Source of the DNA: Kangiellaceae bacterium
GTDB taxonomy: Bacteria; Pseudomonadota; Gammaproteobacteria; Enterobacterales; Kangiellaceae
Assembly (NCBI GenBank): GCA_013373015.1
Contig: JABXIQ010000001.1
Span: 2,198 to 66,197, forward strand
Direction: 5' to 3'
Length of the DNA: 64,000 nucleotides
In this document: in pieces, positions 32,509-41,737 of the stretch
Position numbering within the stretch: the first letter of the stretch is position 1
How the letters are laid out: the number at the start of each line of letters is the position of its first letter
Translations under genes and position numbers: made by a program
Notes under the pieces: model-generated
Database searches by the model: none
Told to the model about the DNA's origin: nothing
What the model saw: only the letters and a program-made list of their open reading frames with translations

Positions 32509-32531
32509 AAAAAAGGCGAGTAGTACTCGCC
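32509..32531 (-). terminator. terminator-like hairpin plus U6 directly abutting the permease ATG
   Basis: The minus strand reads GGCGAGT-ACT-ACTCGCC followed by TTTTTT and then ATG (32508). It lies 6 nt after the sat-cysC stop. Confidence 0.45.
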
Positions 32532-32537
32532 TCGATC

Positions 32538-34247
32538 TTATTTAATGAAGCCCATACTTTCTAGCTTTAGTAAGACTCGATGTGCAGCATGGTCTGGGGA
32601 AGACTCCAATGTATCTATAACCAGCTCCGCATTTTCTGGCACTTCATACGGGTCACTAATACCTGTAAACTCCTTAATGATACCCGCACGCGCTTTTGCA
32701 TAAAGACCTTTTCTGTCACGACGTTCGCATTCTTCAACAGGTGTAGCGACATGAACTTCTAAAAAGCCACCGTACTGTTCGATCATCTGGCGAACTTTAC
32801 GACGAGTTGCGGCATAAGGTGCAATTGGCGCGCATACAGCAATACCGCCATTTTTAGTGATTTCAGAAGCCACATAACCGATGCGCTCGATATTCAAATT
32901 ACGATGCTCTTTTGAAAACCCTAACTCACTAGATAAATTTTTACGAACCAAATCTCCGTCAAGCAAGGTTACTGGGCGACCACCCATTTCCAACATTTTA
33001 ACCATGAGAGCATTAGCGATAGTTGACTTACCAGAGCCTGATAAGCCCGTGAAGAAAACAGTAAAGCCTTGCTTGCTTCTGGGCGGTTTAGTTTTGCGCA
33101 ACTCCGCAACCACCTCAGGATAAGAGAACCACTCAGGAATATCCAACCCCTCGGCTAAGCGTCTACGCACTTCAGTTCCAGAAATATTTAGAACTGTCAT
33201 CCCTTCTTCAACATCATCAATTGGTTGATATTCTGCTTTTTCCTGAACATAAACCATCATTTGAAAAGGTACCATTTTAATACCTAACTCATCTTCATGT
33301 TTTATCAGGAGTTCTTGAGCATCATATGGACCATAGAAATCTTCACCTTGACTGTTTTTGCCAGGGCCAGCATGATCACGCCCAATAATAATATGAGTAC
33401 AGCCGTAATTCTTACGAATAATTGCGTGCCAAAGTGCCTCACGAGGACCGCCCATACGCATTGCTAGTGGTAGCAAACTTAGCATAGTGGTCTGCTCAGG
33501 ATACTGCTTCAAAATTTGCTCATAACAACGTACACGCGAATAATGGTCGATATCTCCAGGTTTTGTCATGCCTACCACTGGATGAATTAACAAATTTGCT
33601 TCCTGCTCTTTTGCAGCACGGAAAGTCAACTCTTGGTGCGCACGGTGCATCGGGTTACGAGTTTGGAATGCTACAATCTTTTTCCAGCCCCACTTTTTGA
33701 ATTTCGCACGAAGCTCGGCTGGCGAATCACGCAGACCTTTATAGTCATAATGAATGGGCATTTCCACGCCGCGTAACTTACCTCCTAAGTACACATCACC
33801 AGCTTGGTTCAATAAATAATCAACCGCTGGATGAGCCTCATCAGCTGCACCATAAACTTTTTCAGCTTCTTCGAGCTTATTTGGTAGCCACTTATCAGAA
33901 ACGTCTAAAATAGCTATAAGCACGCCTTCCTCATCACGCAAAGCAATACTATCTCCGACAGACATAGTATCGGCAAACTTAGAAGAAACATCTAAGGTAA
34001 TCGGCATTGGCCAAAGAGTCCCATCAGCCAATCTCATATCATCTAATACTGATCGATAGTCATCTTGGCTCAAAAACCCTTCTAACGGGGAAAAACCACC
34101 ATTAAGTAATAACTCGATATCACAAATCTGACGATGGGTTAAATCCCATGATAATAGCTCTTTGGCTTCGTTTTTACGGTTTTCAATTTGGTTTGTATCT
34201 AGCAAATTAACCAACACATCACCATGAGGTTGTATCAATTCAAGCAT
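32538..34247 (-). CDS. bifunctional sulfate adenylyltransferase (Sat-type ATP sulfurylase) / adenylylsulfate kinase
   Basis: 569 aa. The N-terminal part has the ATP sulfurylase motifs QTRNPMHRAHQELT and IIGRDHAGPG. The C-terminal part has the APS kinase P-loop FTGLSGSGKSTIANAL and LDGDLVRKNL. Confidence 0.9.
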   Translation of the reverse strand: MLELIQPHGDVLVNLLDTNQIENRKNEAKELLSWDLTHRQICDIELLLNGGFSPLEGFLSQDDYRSVLDDMRLADGTLWPMPITLDVSSKFADTMSVGDSIALRDEEGVLIAILDVSDKWLPNKLEEAEKVYGAADEAHPAVDYLLNQAGDVYLGGKLRGVEMPIHYDYKGLRDSPAELRAKFKKWGWKKIVAFQTRNPMHRAHQELTFRAAKEQEANLLIHPVVGMTKPGDIDHYSRVRCYEQILKQYPEQTTMLSLLPLAMRMGGPREALWHAIIRKNYGCTHIIIGRDHAGPGKNSQGEDFYGPYDAQELLIKHEDELGIKMVPFQMMVYVQEKAEYQPIDDVEEGMTVLNISGTEVRRRLAEGLDIPEWFSYPEVVAELRKTKPPRSKQGFTVFFTGLSGSGKSTIANALMVKMLEMGGRPVTLLDGDLVRKNLSSELGFSKEHRNLNIERIGYVASEITKNGGIAVCAPIAPYAATRRKVRQMIEQYGGFLEVHVATPVEECERRDRKGLYAKARAGIIKEFTGISDPYEVPENAELVIDTLESSPDHAAHRVLLKLESMGFIK

Positions 34248-34356
34248 AATTAGTCCTAAGTTCCACAGTTGGGGCTATTATATACAGAAACGTTGTTAAT
34301 GTCTTAATAGCTTTACTAATAAGTTTTATTAGTTTTACTTATCTTTTAAATAAACT

Positions 34357-35652
34357 CTACTGCCCAATTCCAAAGTAATGTAAACCATTTCTTTTGACTT
34401 CTTCAGGTTCATACAAATTTCTACCATCGAATATAACAGGCTTTTTTAGTTTATTTTTAAGTTTTACAAAATCAGCAGCTTTAAACTCTTCCCAGTCTGT
34501 AACAATAAACAAAGCATCAGCATTCTCAGTAGCTTCATATAAAGATTTAGTAATAGTAATAGGAAAGTCAAAATACTCACTGTCTGCAAAGTTTTCAAAT
34601 GCCACAGGATCATATATATGTACTTCTACATTTTCTGATCCTAAAGCATTCACTAAGTTAATTACAGGGGAATTGGTCAATGAAGCAGTATTTGCTCGAA
34701 ATGAAGCACCCCATATCACAACACGCTTGCCAGAAATATCGCTATTATAAAACTGCCAAAACTTCCTAAACAATATATCTTTTTGATCATTATTGATATC
34801 CAGAGTTGCTTTCATCATCAAAGAACCCGACTCTGAATTCTTAAATAGATCCTGGATATTGGAAACAGACTGCTCTAATGCTATTCCACCAAAACCACAT
34901 CCTGCTTGATTATATATATTCCCAAATCGCGGATCGCAAGACATCGCTTCAATAATAGCGGAAAAAGATAGTTGCTGTTCTTCAATTAAATTAGCCAGTT
35001 CATTGACAAAGCTGACTCTCATAGCCAAAAATGCTGAAACAGCATTATTAACCACCTCAACTTCAGAGCCTGAAAGTAATCTTGTGTTACCTGCCTTCTC
35101 AAAAGTTTTTTCAAGCAAATAAGTGGCTGTGTTTTTTGCCTCAATGCTATCAGTTCCAATTAATAATAACGGAGGACTATAAAAATCCTTTATCGCACTG
35201 CCTTCTCTAATGAAAGTTGGAATGGTTATCAACTCATGACAGAGACTAAAAGATTCATTTATAGCAGTTTGTTGAATATTCGAACTGATAAAATCATGTG
35301 TACCGACCCCTAGATTGGTTGTTATTATTATTTTTTGAGGTATGCTATTATCACATAATAAGAGTATAAACTTCAAAAGTTGATCTAAGCTTTTTCCTTT
35401 ATAAACTATCCAATGAATATTAGCCTTATTGAAGAGAGTTTGTTTCATAGATAACTTGCCTGAACTAAGCATATCATCAATCAATAAATCCAAATTAGGC
35501 TCTGAATAAGTTTGATTCACTTTTATACTAACTTCTGACTCAGGCCCCTTACAAATAGATGTCTTGAAATCAGACTGCGCTAAGCAAGCGGCAATTGCCC
35601 ATGATTCTAATGAGTCACCGTAAACATTTATACGCAAATCATCACTTTTCAT
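34357..35652 (-). CDS. UDP-glucose/GDP-mannose dehydrogenase-family paralog with degenerate NAD and catalytic motifs
   Basis: Trimmed to ATG 35652 (MKSDDLRINVYGDS...), which overlaps the pgi stop by 11 nt. Family segments are kept: IPTFIREGSAIKD, FLAMRVSFVNELAN, DPRFGNIYNQ and the C-terminal VVIWGASFRANTASLTNSPV. The GxGxxG loop reads GDSLES. The catalytic GG(S/Y)C-LPKD reads GGIALEQS. Confidence 0.7.
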   Translation of the reverse strand: MKSDDLRINVYGDSLESWAIAACLAQSDFKTSICKGPESEVSIKVNQTYSEPNLDLLIDDMLSSGKLSMKQTLFNKANIHWIVYKGKSLDQLLKFILLLCDNSIPQKIIITTNLGVGTHDFISSNIQQTAINESFSLCHELITIPTFIREGSAIKDFYSPPLLLIGTDSIEAKNTATYLLEKTFEKAGNTRLLSGSEVEVVNNAVSAFLAMRVSFVNELANLIEEQQLSFSAIIEAMSCDPRFGNIYNQAGCGFGGIALEQSVSNIQDLFKNSESGSLMMKATLDINNDQKDILFRKFWQFYNSDISGKRVVIWGASFRANTASLTNSPVINLVNALGSENVEVHIYDPVAFENFADSEYFDFPITITKSLYEATENADALFIVTDWEEFKAADFVKLKNKLKKPVIFDGRNLYEPEEVKRNGLHYFGIGQ

Positions 35653-37282
35653 CGCTAGAACTCCAAATATCAACTTGTGATAATAGCCATCTTGTTGAGT
35701 CATCAAAACGATCTCTTTGTTCTTGATTTTTTATGGCCTCTAACGTACTTTCAGATAAGACTTTGCCTAACTCTACTCCCCATTGATCAAAAGGATTAAT
35801 ATCCCAAAGACATGATAGAACATATGTTTTATGCTCATATAAGGCTATCAAACCTCCTAAAACTTGAGGAGTTAGCTGCTTTAAAAGAAGTGTTGAAGAA
35901 GGTTGATTACCTTTGTAGCTTTTGTGGGGATTAACATTATGAGTTTCTATAAACGAATTTCCAAAAGCTAAAACACTGGATTGAGCAAAGCAATTGGCAA
36001 GAGATAAGTTTTGCTGCAATAACAATGCTTGATTCTCAAGCTTAGAGTCAAGATCACTATCGTACCTTTTAACAGTAGTAATGAAGTCACAAAAAACATC
36101 TTGAGTTCCTTGGTGTAATAACTGGTAAAATGCGTGTTGAGCATTTGGTCCTAAATCACCCCAAATAATAGGCGATGTTTTAAATTTAACTTTTTCTCCA
36201 CTTATTGACACACACTTGCCATTACTTTCCATTTCTAATTGAGATAAATAGTTCGGCAATAACTTAAGTCTTCCGTCATAGGGTAATACAGCATTTGCAG
36301 TAATTTCCATAAAAGAAGAATTCCAGAAACTGATAAGTGCCAACACAATTGGTAAGTTTGATTCTGGCAGAGCATTGCTAAAATGCAAATCCATTGCATG
36401 TGCGCCATCAAGCATTTCATGAAAAATATCCATTCCATATTTAATAGCAATGGGCAGTCCAATGGCAGACCACAAAGAAAATCGCCCTCCCACCCAATTC
36501 CAAAGCATCAGTTGGTTTTCTTTTGATACTCCCCACTCATCCATTTTATTTTTATTCGCTGATATACCTAAAAAATGATGCTTCTTAACTAAGTTTTCAT
36601 CTTTGCCACCAAATGTCATCCACTTTAAAACAGTATTTACATTATAGAAAGTATCAACAGTGGTAAATGACTTTGAAGAAATGATGAATAAAGTTGTTTC
36701 TTGTTCTAGTCGTTCTAAAAGTTGTGAAATTTGAGTTCCGTCCATACTGGAAACAAAGTGAACCTGAACGTTTTTAGCACAACCTGGCTTAATTTCATGT
36801 AATGCATCACAGGCAAGTAAAGGACCAAGTTCAGATCCTCCTACCCCCAAAGAAACTACATCTTTTATGACTTTCCCAGTATAACCTCTCCATCGAGCAC
36901 TTCTGACTTTATTAACAATACTACTCATTGCATGCAATTGCTCATGCACGTCTAAAACACTTGAAGGATAATCTTTTGGAGGTTTCTGAGATTTTGGTGC
37001 TCTTAATATAAAATGTAACGCTGAACGATTTTCCGTTATGTTTACGTTCTTTCCAGAAAACAAATCGTATATTTTTTTTTGTATATTTATTTCAGAAAGG
37101 TATTCAAGGAGATAACCCCAAGTTTCTTGGCTGATGTTCTGTTTAGAAAAATCTAATTTGAAATTGTCAAAGTCGACAGAAAAGTTCTTCAACCTTTCTG
37201 TTTCTGATAGAAACAAATCACGAATATTTCTTTTCTTTGCTATTACTGCTTCATCATTGAGTATTTTTATCAGTGATTCCAT
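35642..37282 (-). CDS. pgi: glucose-6-phosphate isomerase
   Basis: Trimmed to ATG 37282, 1 nt after the rfbD stop. Pgi signatures LGVGGSELGP, GGRFSLWSAIG, NAQHAFYQLLHQGT and QWGVELGK are present. Confidence 0.9.
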   Translation of the reverse strand: MESLIKILNDEAVIAKKRNIRDLFLSETERLKNFSVDFDNFKLDFSKQNISQETWGYLLEYLSEINIQKKIYDLFSGKNVNITENRSALHFILRAPKSQKPPKDYPSSVLDVHEQLHAMSSIVNKVRSARWRGYTGKVIKDVVSLGVGGSELGPLLACDALHEIKPGCAKNVQVHFVSSMDGTQISQLLERLEQETTLFIISSKSFTTVDTFYNVNTVLKWMTFGGKDENLVKKHHFLGISANKNKMDEWGVSKENQLMLWNWVGGRFSLWSAIGLPIAIKYGMDIFHEMLDGAHAMDLHFSNALPESNLPIVLALISFWNSSFMEITANAVLPYDGRLKLLPNYLSQLEMESNGKCVSISGEKVKFKTSPIIWGDLGPNAQHAFYQLLHQGTQDVFCDFITTVKRYDSDLDSKLENQALLLQQNLSLANCFAQSSVLAFGNSFIETHNVNPHKSYKGNQPSSTLLLKQLTPQVLGGLIALYEHKTYVLSCLWDINPFDQWGVELGKVLSESTLEAIKNQEQRDRFDDSTRWLLSQVDIWSSSDEK

Positions 37283-37283
37283 T

Positions 37284-38189
37284 TTATAAACTTTCTGATT
37301 TAACATTTAATATTGATAACATATCTACTAATGCTTCATGCCAAGTTCTATTCTCTAATTTGAATTGATTTACGATTTTAGTGCTATCCAACACTGAGTA
37401 CAAAGGTCTTTTCGCAAGAGTTTTAAACTGCTCAGAAGTTACAGGGGTTACATCAGGTATGTTTTTTAATATCCTGAGTCTTTGCGCTTCTTGGAATATT
37501 TGCACCGAGAAATCAAACCAAGAGCATTTCCCTTGATTAGCATAATGATAAACACCGCTGAGTGAGTTATCATTGGCATCGCTACTTACTAATTTCAAAG
37601 CCACTTCATAAATAGTTTCAGCCAAATCTCTCGCATAAGTAGGCGAACCAACCTGGTCATTAACGACAGATAGCTCTTGCTTGTTTTTAGCTAATTGAAG
37701 CATAGTCTTAACAAAATTTTTGTTATACTCGCTGTAAAGCCACGAAGTCCTAATTATTATAAACTTAGACAATAAACTTTTAATAGAAAGCTCACCCAAT
37801 AACTTGGTTCTTCCATACACACTTTGTGGAGAAGTTTTTGAATCTTCTTTATAGGGTATTGTTGCGGTGCCATCATAAACATAATCAGTAGATATATGTA
37901 TTAATGGTATATTGAATTCGTTGCATGTTTCAGCAATGTTTTTAACAGCAAAATGGTTAACTTTCTCAGCCTGTTCAATTTCTTGTTCAGCTAAATCCAC
38001 ATTCGTATATGCTGAACAGTTAATCCATATATCTATATTCGAATGTTGTATTGCTTTTAAACAAGCAACTTTATCGGTCACATCCAATTCATGCCTTCCA
38101 AGATAAACAGCTGTCACTGACTTGTTATCTAGAATATCTTTTAAACATAAGCCCAATTGGCCATTTGCTCCTGATACGAGTACATTCAT
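37284..38189 (-). CDS. rfbD: dTDP-4-dehydrorhamnose reductase
   Basis: 301 aa with the motifs GANGQLG and YGRTKLLGE (YxxxK). It overlaps rfbC by 4 nt. Confidence 0.9.
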   Translation of the reverse strand: MNVLVSGANGQLGLCLKDILDNKSVTAVYLGRHELDVTDKVACLKAIQHSNIDIWINCSAYTNVDLAEQEIEQAEKVNHFAVKNIAETCNEFNIPLIHISTDYVYDGTATIPYKEDSKTSPQSVYGRTKLLGELSIKSLLSKFIIIRTSWLYSEYNKNFVKTMLQLAKNKQELSVVNDQVGSPTYARDLAETIYEVALKLVSSDANDNSLSGVYHYANQGKCSWFDFSVQIFQEAQRLRILKNIPDVTPVTSEQFKTLAKRPLYSVLDSTKIVNQFKLENRTWHEALVDMLSILNVKSESL

Positions 38190-38725
38190 AGTTTAAGGTA
38201 ATCTCTAAAATTTGGAGCGGCTTTATCTTTATCAGATAAGATAAAGTCGATATCAGTTGGCCAGTCAATATTTAAATCAGGATCGCTCCACAAAATAGAG
38301 CCCTCATCTGCTGGATCATAAAAATCTGTGCACTTATATTCAAAATCGGCCACATCAGATAAAACTACAAATCCGTGCGCAAACCCGGGAGGAACCCAAA
38401 ACTGTTTTTTATTGACGCCCGACAGTACAACTGATTCCCACATCCCTAGAGTAGGAGAGTCTTTTCTTAAATCGACAGCCACATCCAGAACCTCTCCTCT
38501 TACAACTCTGACTAATTTCCCTTGAGGTTTTTTATTTTGAAAATGTAACCCCCTCAAAACACCTTTGCTTGAACGAGAGTGATTATCTTGAACGAAATCG
38601 AAATCAATTCCGGATTTTACGTATCTATCTTTTTGATAGGTTTCTAAAAAAAAACCTCTGTCATCACCAAAAACAGCAGGTTCAATTATTAAACACTCTT
38701 TAAGCTTAGTTTCAATTATCTTCAT
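38186..38725 (-). CDS. rfbC: dTDP-4-dehydrorhamnose 3,5-epimerase
   Basis: 179 aa with the cupin core [16 protein letters not shown] and PPGFAHGF. Confidence 0.95.
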   Translation of the reverse strand: MKIIETKLKECLIIEPAVFGDDRGFFLETYQKDRYVKSGIDFDFVQDNHSRSSKGVLRGLHFQNKKPQGKLVRVVRGEVLDVAVDLRKDSPTLGMWESVVLSGVNKKQFWVPPGFAHGFVVLSDVADFEYKCTDFYDPADEGSILWSDPDLNIDWPTDIDFILSDKDKAAPNFRDYLKL

Positions 38726-39603
38726 ATTTGATTTACAATCCTTTTCAAATATTGACCATAACCTGTCTTAATTAATTCATTTGCTCGTGCTTCAAGTTGT
38801 ACACTTGAAATCCATCCATTATTAAAAGCAATTTCTTCTAAGCAGGCAATCTTTAATCCTTGTCTATGCTCAACTGTTTGAACAAAGTGTCCTGCTTCTA
38901 ATAAAGAATCATGTGTTCCTGTATCTAACCAAGCAAAACCTCGGCCAAGCAAATTGACGTTAAGCTCACCCAGTTTTAAATAGGCTTTATTCACATCAGT
39001 AATTTCGAGCTCCCCTCGTGCGGAAGGTTTTATTTTTTTAGCAATATCAACTACTTTGTTATCATAAAAATACAGGCCTGTTACGGCATAGTTTGATTTC
39101 GGTTCAGCTGGTTTTTCTTCTAAACTTAGAACTGTACCTTCTTCATTAAACTCAACTACTCCAAAACGCTCAGGGTCGTTCACTCGATATCCAAAAACGG
39201 TCGCTCCTATCCTTAATGATGCCGCTTCTCTAAGTTTGTTGGAAAAATGTTCTCCGTAAAAAACATTATCACCAAGGACTAAAGCAACCGAGCTTTCGCC
39301 AATAAATTCCTCCCCCAATATAAATGCTTGGGCCAATCCATCAGGACTCGGCTGAATCTTATAAGTTAAATTTAATCCAAAATTTTTACCATCCCCCAGC
39401 AACCTTTGATAACCAGAAATGTCATCTGGGGTAGATATGATTAATATTTCTTTTATACCCGAGAGCATTAATACAGACAATGGGTAATATATCATTGGTT
39501 TGTCATAAACTGGCAATAACTGCTTGGATAACCCTTGTGTTAGGGGGTGTAGTCTTGTTCCAGAGCCACCGGCCAATATAATCCCTTTAACAGAACTATT
39601 CAT
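38722..39603 (-). CDS. rfbA: glucose-1-phosphate thymidylyltransferase
   Basis: 293 aa with [16 protein letters not shown] and [12 protein letters not shown]. Confidence 0.95.
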   Translation of the reverse strand: MNSSVKGIILAGGSGTRLHPLTQGLSKQLLPVYDKPMIYYPLSVLMLSGIKEILIISTPDDISGYQRLLGDGKNFGLNLTYKIQPSPDGLAQAFILGEEFIGESSVALVLGDNVFYGEHFSNKLREAASLRIGATVFGYRVNDPERFGVVEFNEEGTVLSLEEKPAEPKSNYAVTGLYFYDNKVVDIAKKIKPSARGELEITDVNKAYLKLGELNVNLLGRGFAWLDTGTHDSLLEAGHFVQTVEHRQGLKIACLEEIAFNNGWISSVQLEARANELIKTGYGQYLKRIVNQI

Positions 39604-40661
39604 TCATCACCTACTCTTTCTAAATTAGAATCACCAGATAAAACTCTTTTCCACCACGTGGTGTTTTCCAAATACCACTTAATAGTTTTTTCTAAGCCCG
39701 TTTCAAAACTTTCTTCAGGAACCCAACCAAGTTCATTTTTTATTTTATTTGCATTAATAGCATATCGAACATCATGTCCAGGTCGATCTTTTACAAACTT
39801 AATTAACTGCTTAAAGTCAGTTACATTAGTTGGTTTTTCAGAAACTTTTTCGTTTAAGAAATCACATATAGCATTTACAACATTAAGATTTGTTTTTTCG
39901 TTATGACCACCAATATTATAGGTCTCACCGGACTTACCTTTTGTAGCAACCAAATACAGTGCTCTTGCATGATCATCAACATAAAGCCAATCACGAATTT
40001 GACTGCCATCACCGTAAATTGGTAAATCCTCTCCTTTCAATGCATTTAAAATCATATGAGGAATCAGTTTTTCGGGAAATTGATAAGGACCGTAATTATT
40101 CGAACAATTAGTTACTATAACGGGTATTCCATAAGTTCTGTTCCAAGCCCTAACCAGATGATCAGAGCTAGCCTTACTTGCAGAGTAAGGAGAGCTTGGG
40201 GCATAAGGGGTCGTTTCAACAAACAAATCATTAGTCCCATGCAAATCTCCATAAACTTCATCAGTAGAAATATGATGAAATAGAAATCCACTTTTCTTTT
40301 TAGATTCTAACCTACACCAATAATTTTTTGCCACATCAAGCAAATTGAACGTACCTACAATATTGGTTTGTATAAAATCAGCAGGGCCGTCGATTGAACG
40401 ATCCACATGACTTTCAGCCGCCAAATGCATAATAATATCTGGCTGAAATTCTTCAAACAGGACTTCTAAAGCAGCCCTGTTACATATATCAATTTTCATT
40501 AATTGATATTGTTCAGAACTAGATATTTCTTCCAAAGAGTCTAAATTAGCTGCATATGTTAATTTATCTACATTGCAAACACGGTGATTGGTATTTGTAA
40601 TAATATATCTAATAACAGCACTACCAATAAATCCGGCACCACCAGTGATTAAAAAATTCAT
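39600..40661 (-). CDS. rfbB: dTDP-glucose 4,6-dehydratase
   Basis: 353 aa with TGGAGFIGS, the ISTDEVYG region and [12 protein letters not shown]. Confidence 0.95.
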   Translation of the reverse strand: MNFLITGGAGFIGSAVIRYIITNTNHRVCNVDKLTYAANLDSLEEISSSEQYQLMKIDICNRAALEVLFEEFQPDIIMHLAAESHVDRSIDGPADFIQTNIVGTFNLLDVAKNYWCRLESKKKSGFLFHHISTDEVYGDLHGTNDLFVETTPYAPSSPYSASKASSDHLVRAWNRTYGIPVIVTNCSNNYGPYQFPEKLIPHMILNALKGEDLPIYGDGSQIRDWLYVDDHARALYLVATKGKSGETYNIGGHNEKTNLNVVNAICDFLNEKVSEKPTNVTDFKQLIKFVKDRPGHDVRYAINANKIKNELGWVPEESFETGLEKTIKWYLENTTWWKRVLSGDSNLERVGDE

Positions 40662-40675
40662 TAAAATTTCCTATA

Positions 40676-41737
40676 TTAAAAAAGGTTATAATATTGACTT
40701 TTCACAACAGACCACATATAGCGCCTCTCTGCAATTTCTTTCAAGTCATAACCATCAAAATTTTCTATATTTGACTTTAAAATTCCATTTAATGATTCTG
40801 AACAGGCAAAGTACATCCCTTTGTCTTCCATGGTTGCTTTATTATAATTACAGTCAAAAGCAATAATTAACTTATTAAAAAACATCATTTCAACCAAAGA
40901 TGGATTTGTCCCACCGGCTGAATGACCATGAATGTATGCTTTACATTCCGACCTCAATTCAAAAAGTTTATTAAGGTCATATATTGGATCAAGTAGCAGA
41001 ATATTTTCGCTCTCAGAATATTTTAACTTGAGTGCTCTGCCATAACTACTGTTATCCCAGTTCCCAACAAATACAATTTTTTCAGAAGAGTTTTCAAATG
41101 CTTTTAAAATCAAATGCACATTATTCTCAGGTTCTATCCTACATAATGCAAAAAAATAATTATTTTTTTTATTTGGGAGAGGTTTAATAACGCAATGATC
41201 ACCTCCATATGCAATGACAGTGCTATCCAGTGAATACTCTTTATGAACATAATCTGCAATTGCTTGATTGTCTGACACCACAGAAGTTGAGTATTTCACA
41301 GCGATCTTCTCAGAAAATTTTAAAAATTTTCTCGCTATACCACCCCATTTATCACGACGCCACTCTAAACCATCTATATTCGTTATAATTTTCACTTTGG
41401 GAAATAATAGCTTTACTATAGGTAGACATAGTGCGCCAGAAACTCCAAGTACTAAAAGAGTCCTGTAACCTTTGAAAACCGCATGAAAGATAGATAATAA
41501 ATCATAGAGAACACTCTGTGCACCATTAGCAGATAAAGGTATATAATGAAGTGCAGCTCCTTTGTAGTTCCTTATTTTTTTTTTATAGGTTTTTGAAGAG
41601 CAATAAACAACCATGTCTATTGGAGAGTCAGTAATTAAGTTCTCAACTAGAGTTTCAAAACCACCATAACAAGCTGGCACACCAACTGTTCCAATTATCG
41701 CAACTTTTTTATTTTCTTTTTTCATAATATATTGCAC
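40676..41737 (-). CDS. DUF1972-type GT4 glycosyltransferase, GacB/WchF-like rhamnosyltransferase
   Basis: The N-terminus VAIIGTVGVPACYGGFETLVENL, together with NIDGLEWRRDKWGGIARKFLKFSEK, mirrors the GSRGLPAKYGGFETFVEKL ... DGHEWLRAKWS pattern of streptococcal GacB/WchF as I remember it. An alternative ATG lies at 41725. Confidence 0.7.
   Translation of the reverse strand: MQYIMKKENKKVAIIGTVGVPACYGGFETLVENLITDSPIDMVVYCSSKTYKKKIRNYKGAALHYIPLSANGAQSVLYDLLSIFHAVFKGYRTLLVLGVSGALCLPIVKLLFPKVKIITNIDGLEWRRDKWGGIARKFLKFSEKIAVKYSTSVVSDNQAIADYVHKEYSLDSTVIAYGGDHCVIKPLPNKKNNYFFALCRIEPENNVHLILKAFENSSEKIVFVGNWDNSSYGRALKLKYSESENILLLDPIYDLNKLFELRSECKAYIHGHSAGGTNPSLVEMMFFNKLIIAFDCNYNKATMEDKGMYFACSESLNGILKSNIENFDGYDLKEIAERRYMWSVVKSQYYNLF

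Noticed and set aside
32273-35000. Plus-strand ORFs inside the locus (32273-32500, 32580-32762, 32881-33123, 34394-34750, and similar ones up to 58378)
   Set aside because: All are antisense to motif-supported minus-strand genes in a tightly packed operon. They are short and low-complexity.
34357-35652. Calling the degenerate UGDH homolog a pseudogene
   Set aside because: The frame is fully open for 431 codons and coupled to pgi. It keeps long conserved structural segments, so the degeneracy is confined to catalytic and NAD positions. That fits a pseudoenzyme better than a decaying gene.
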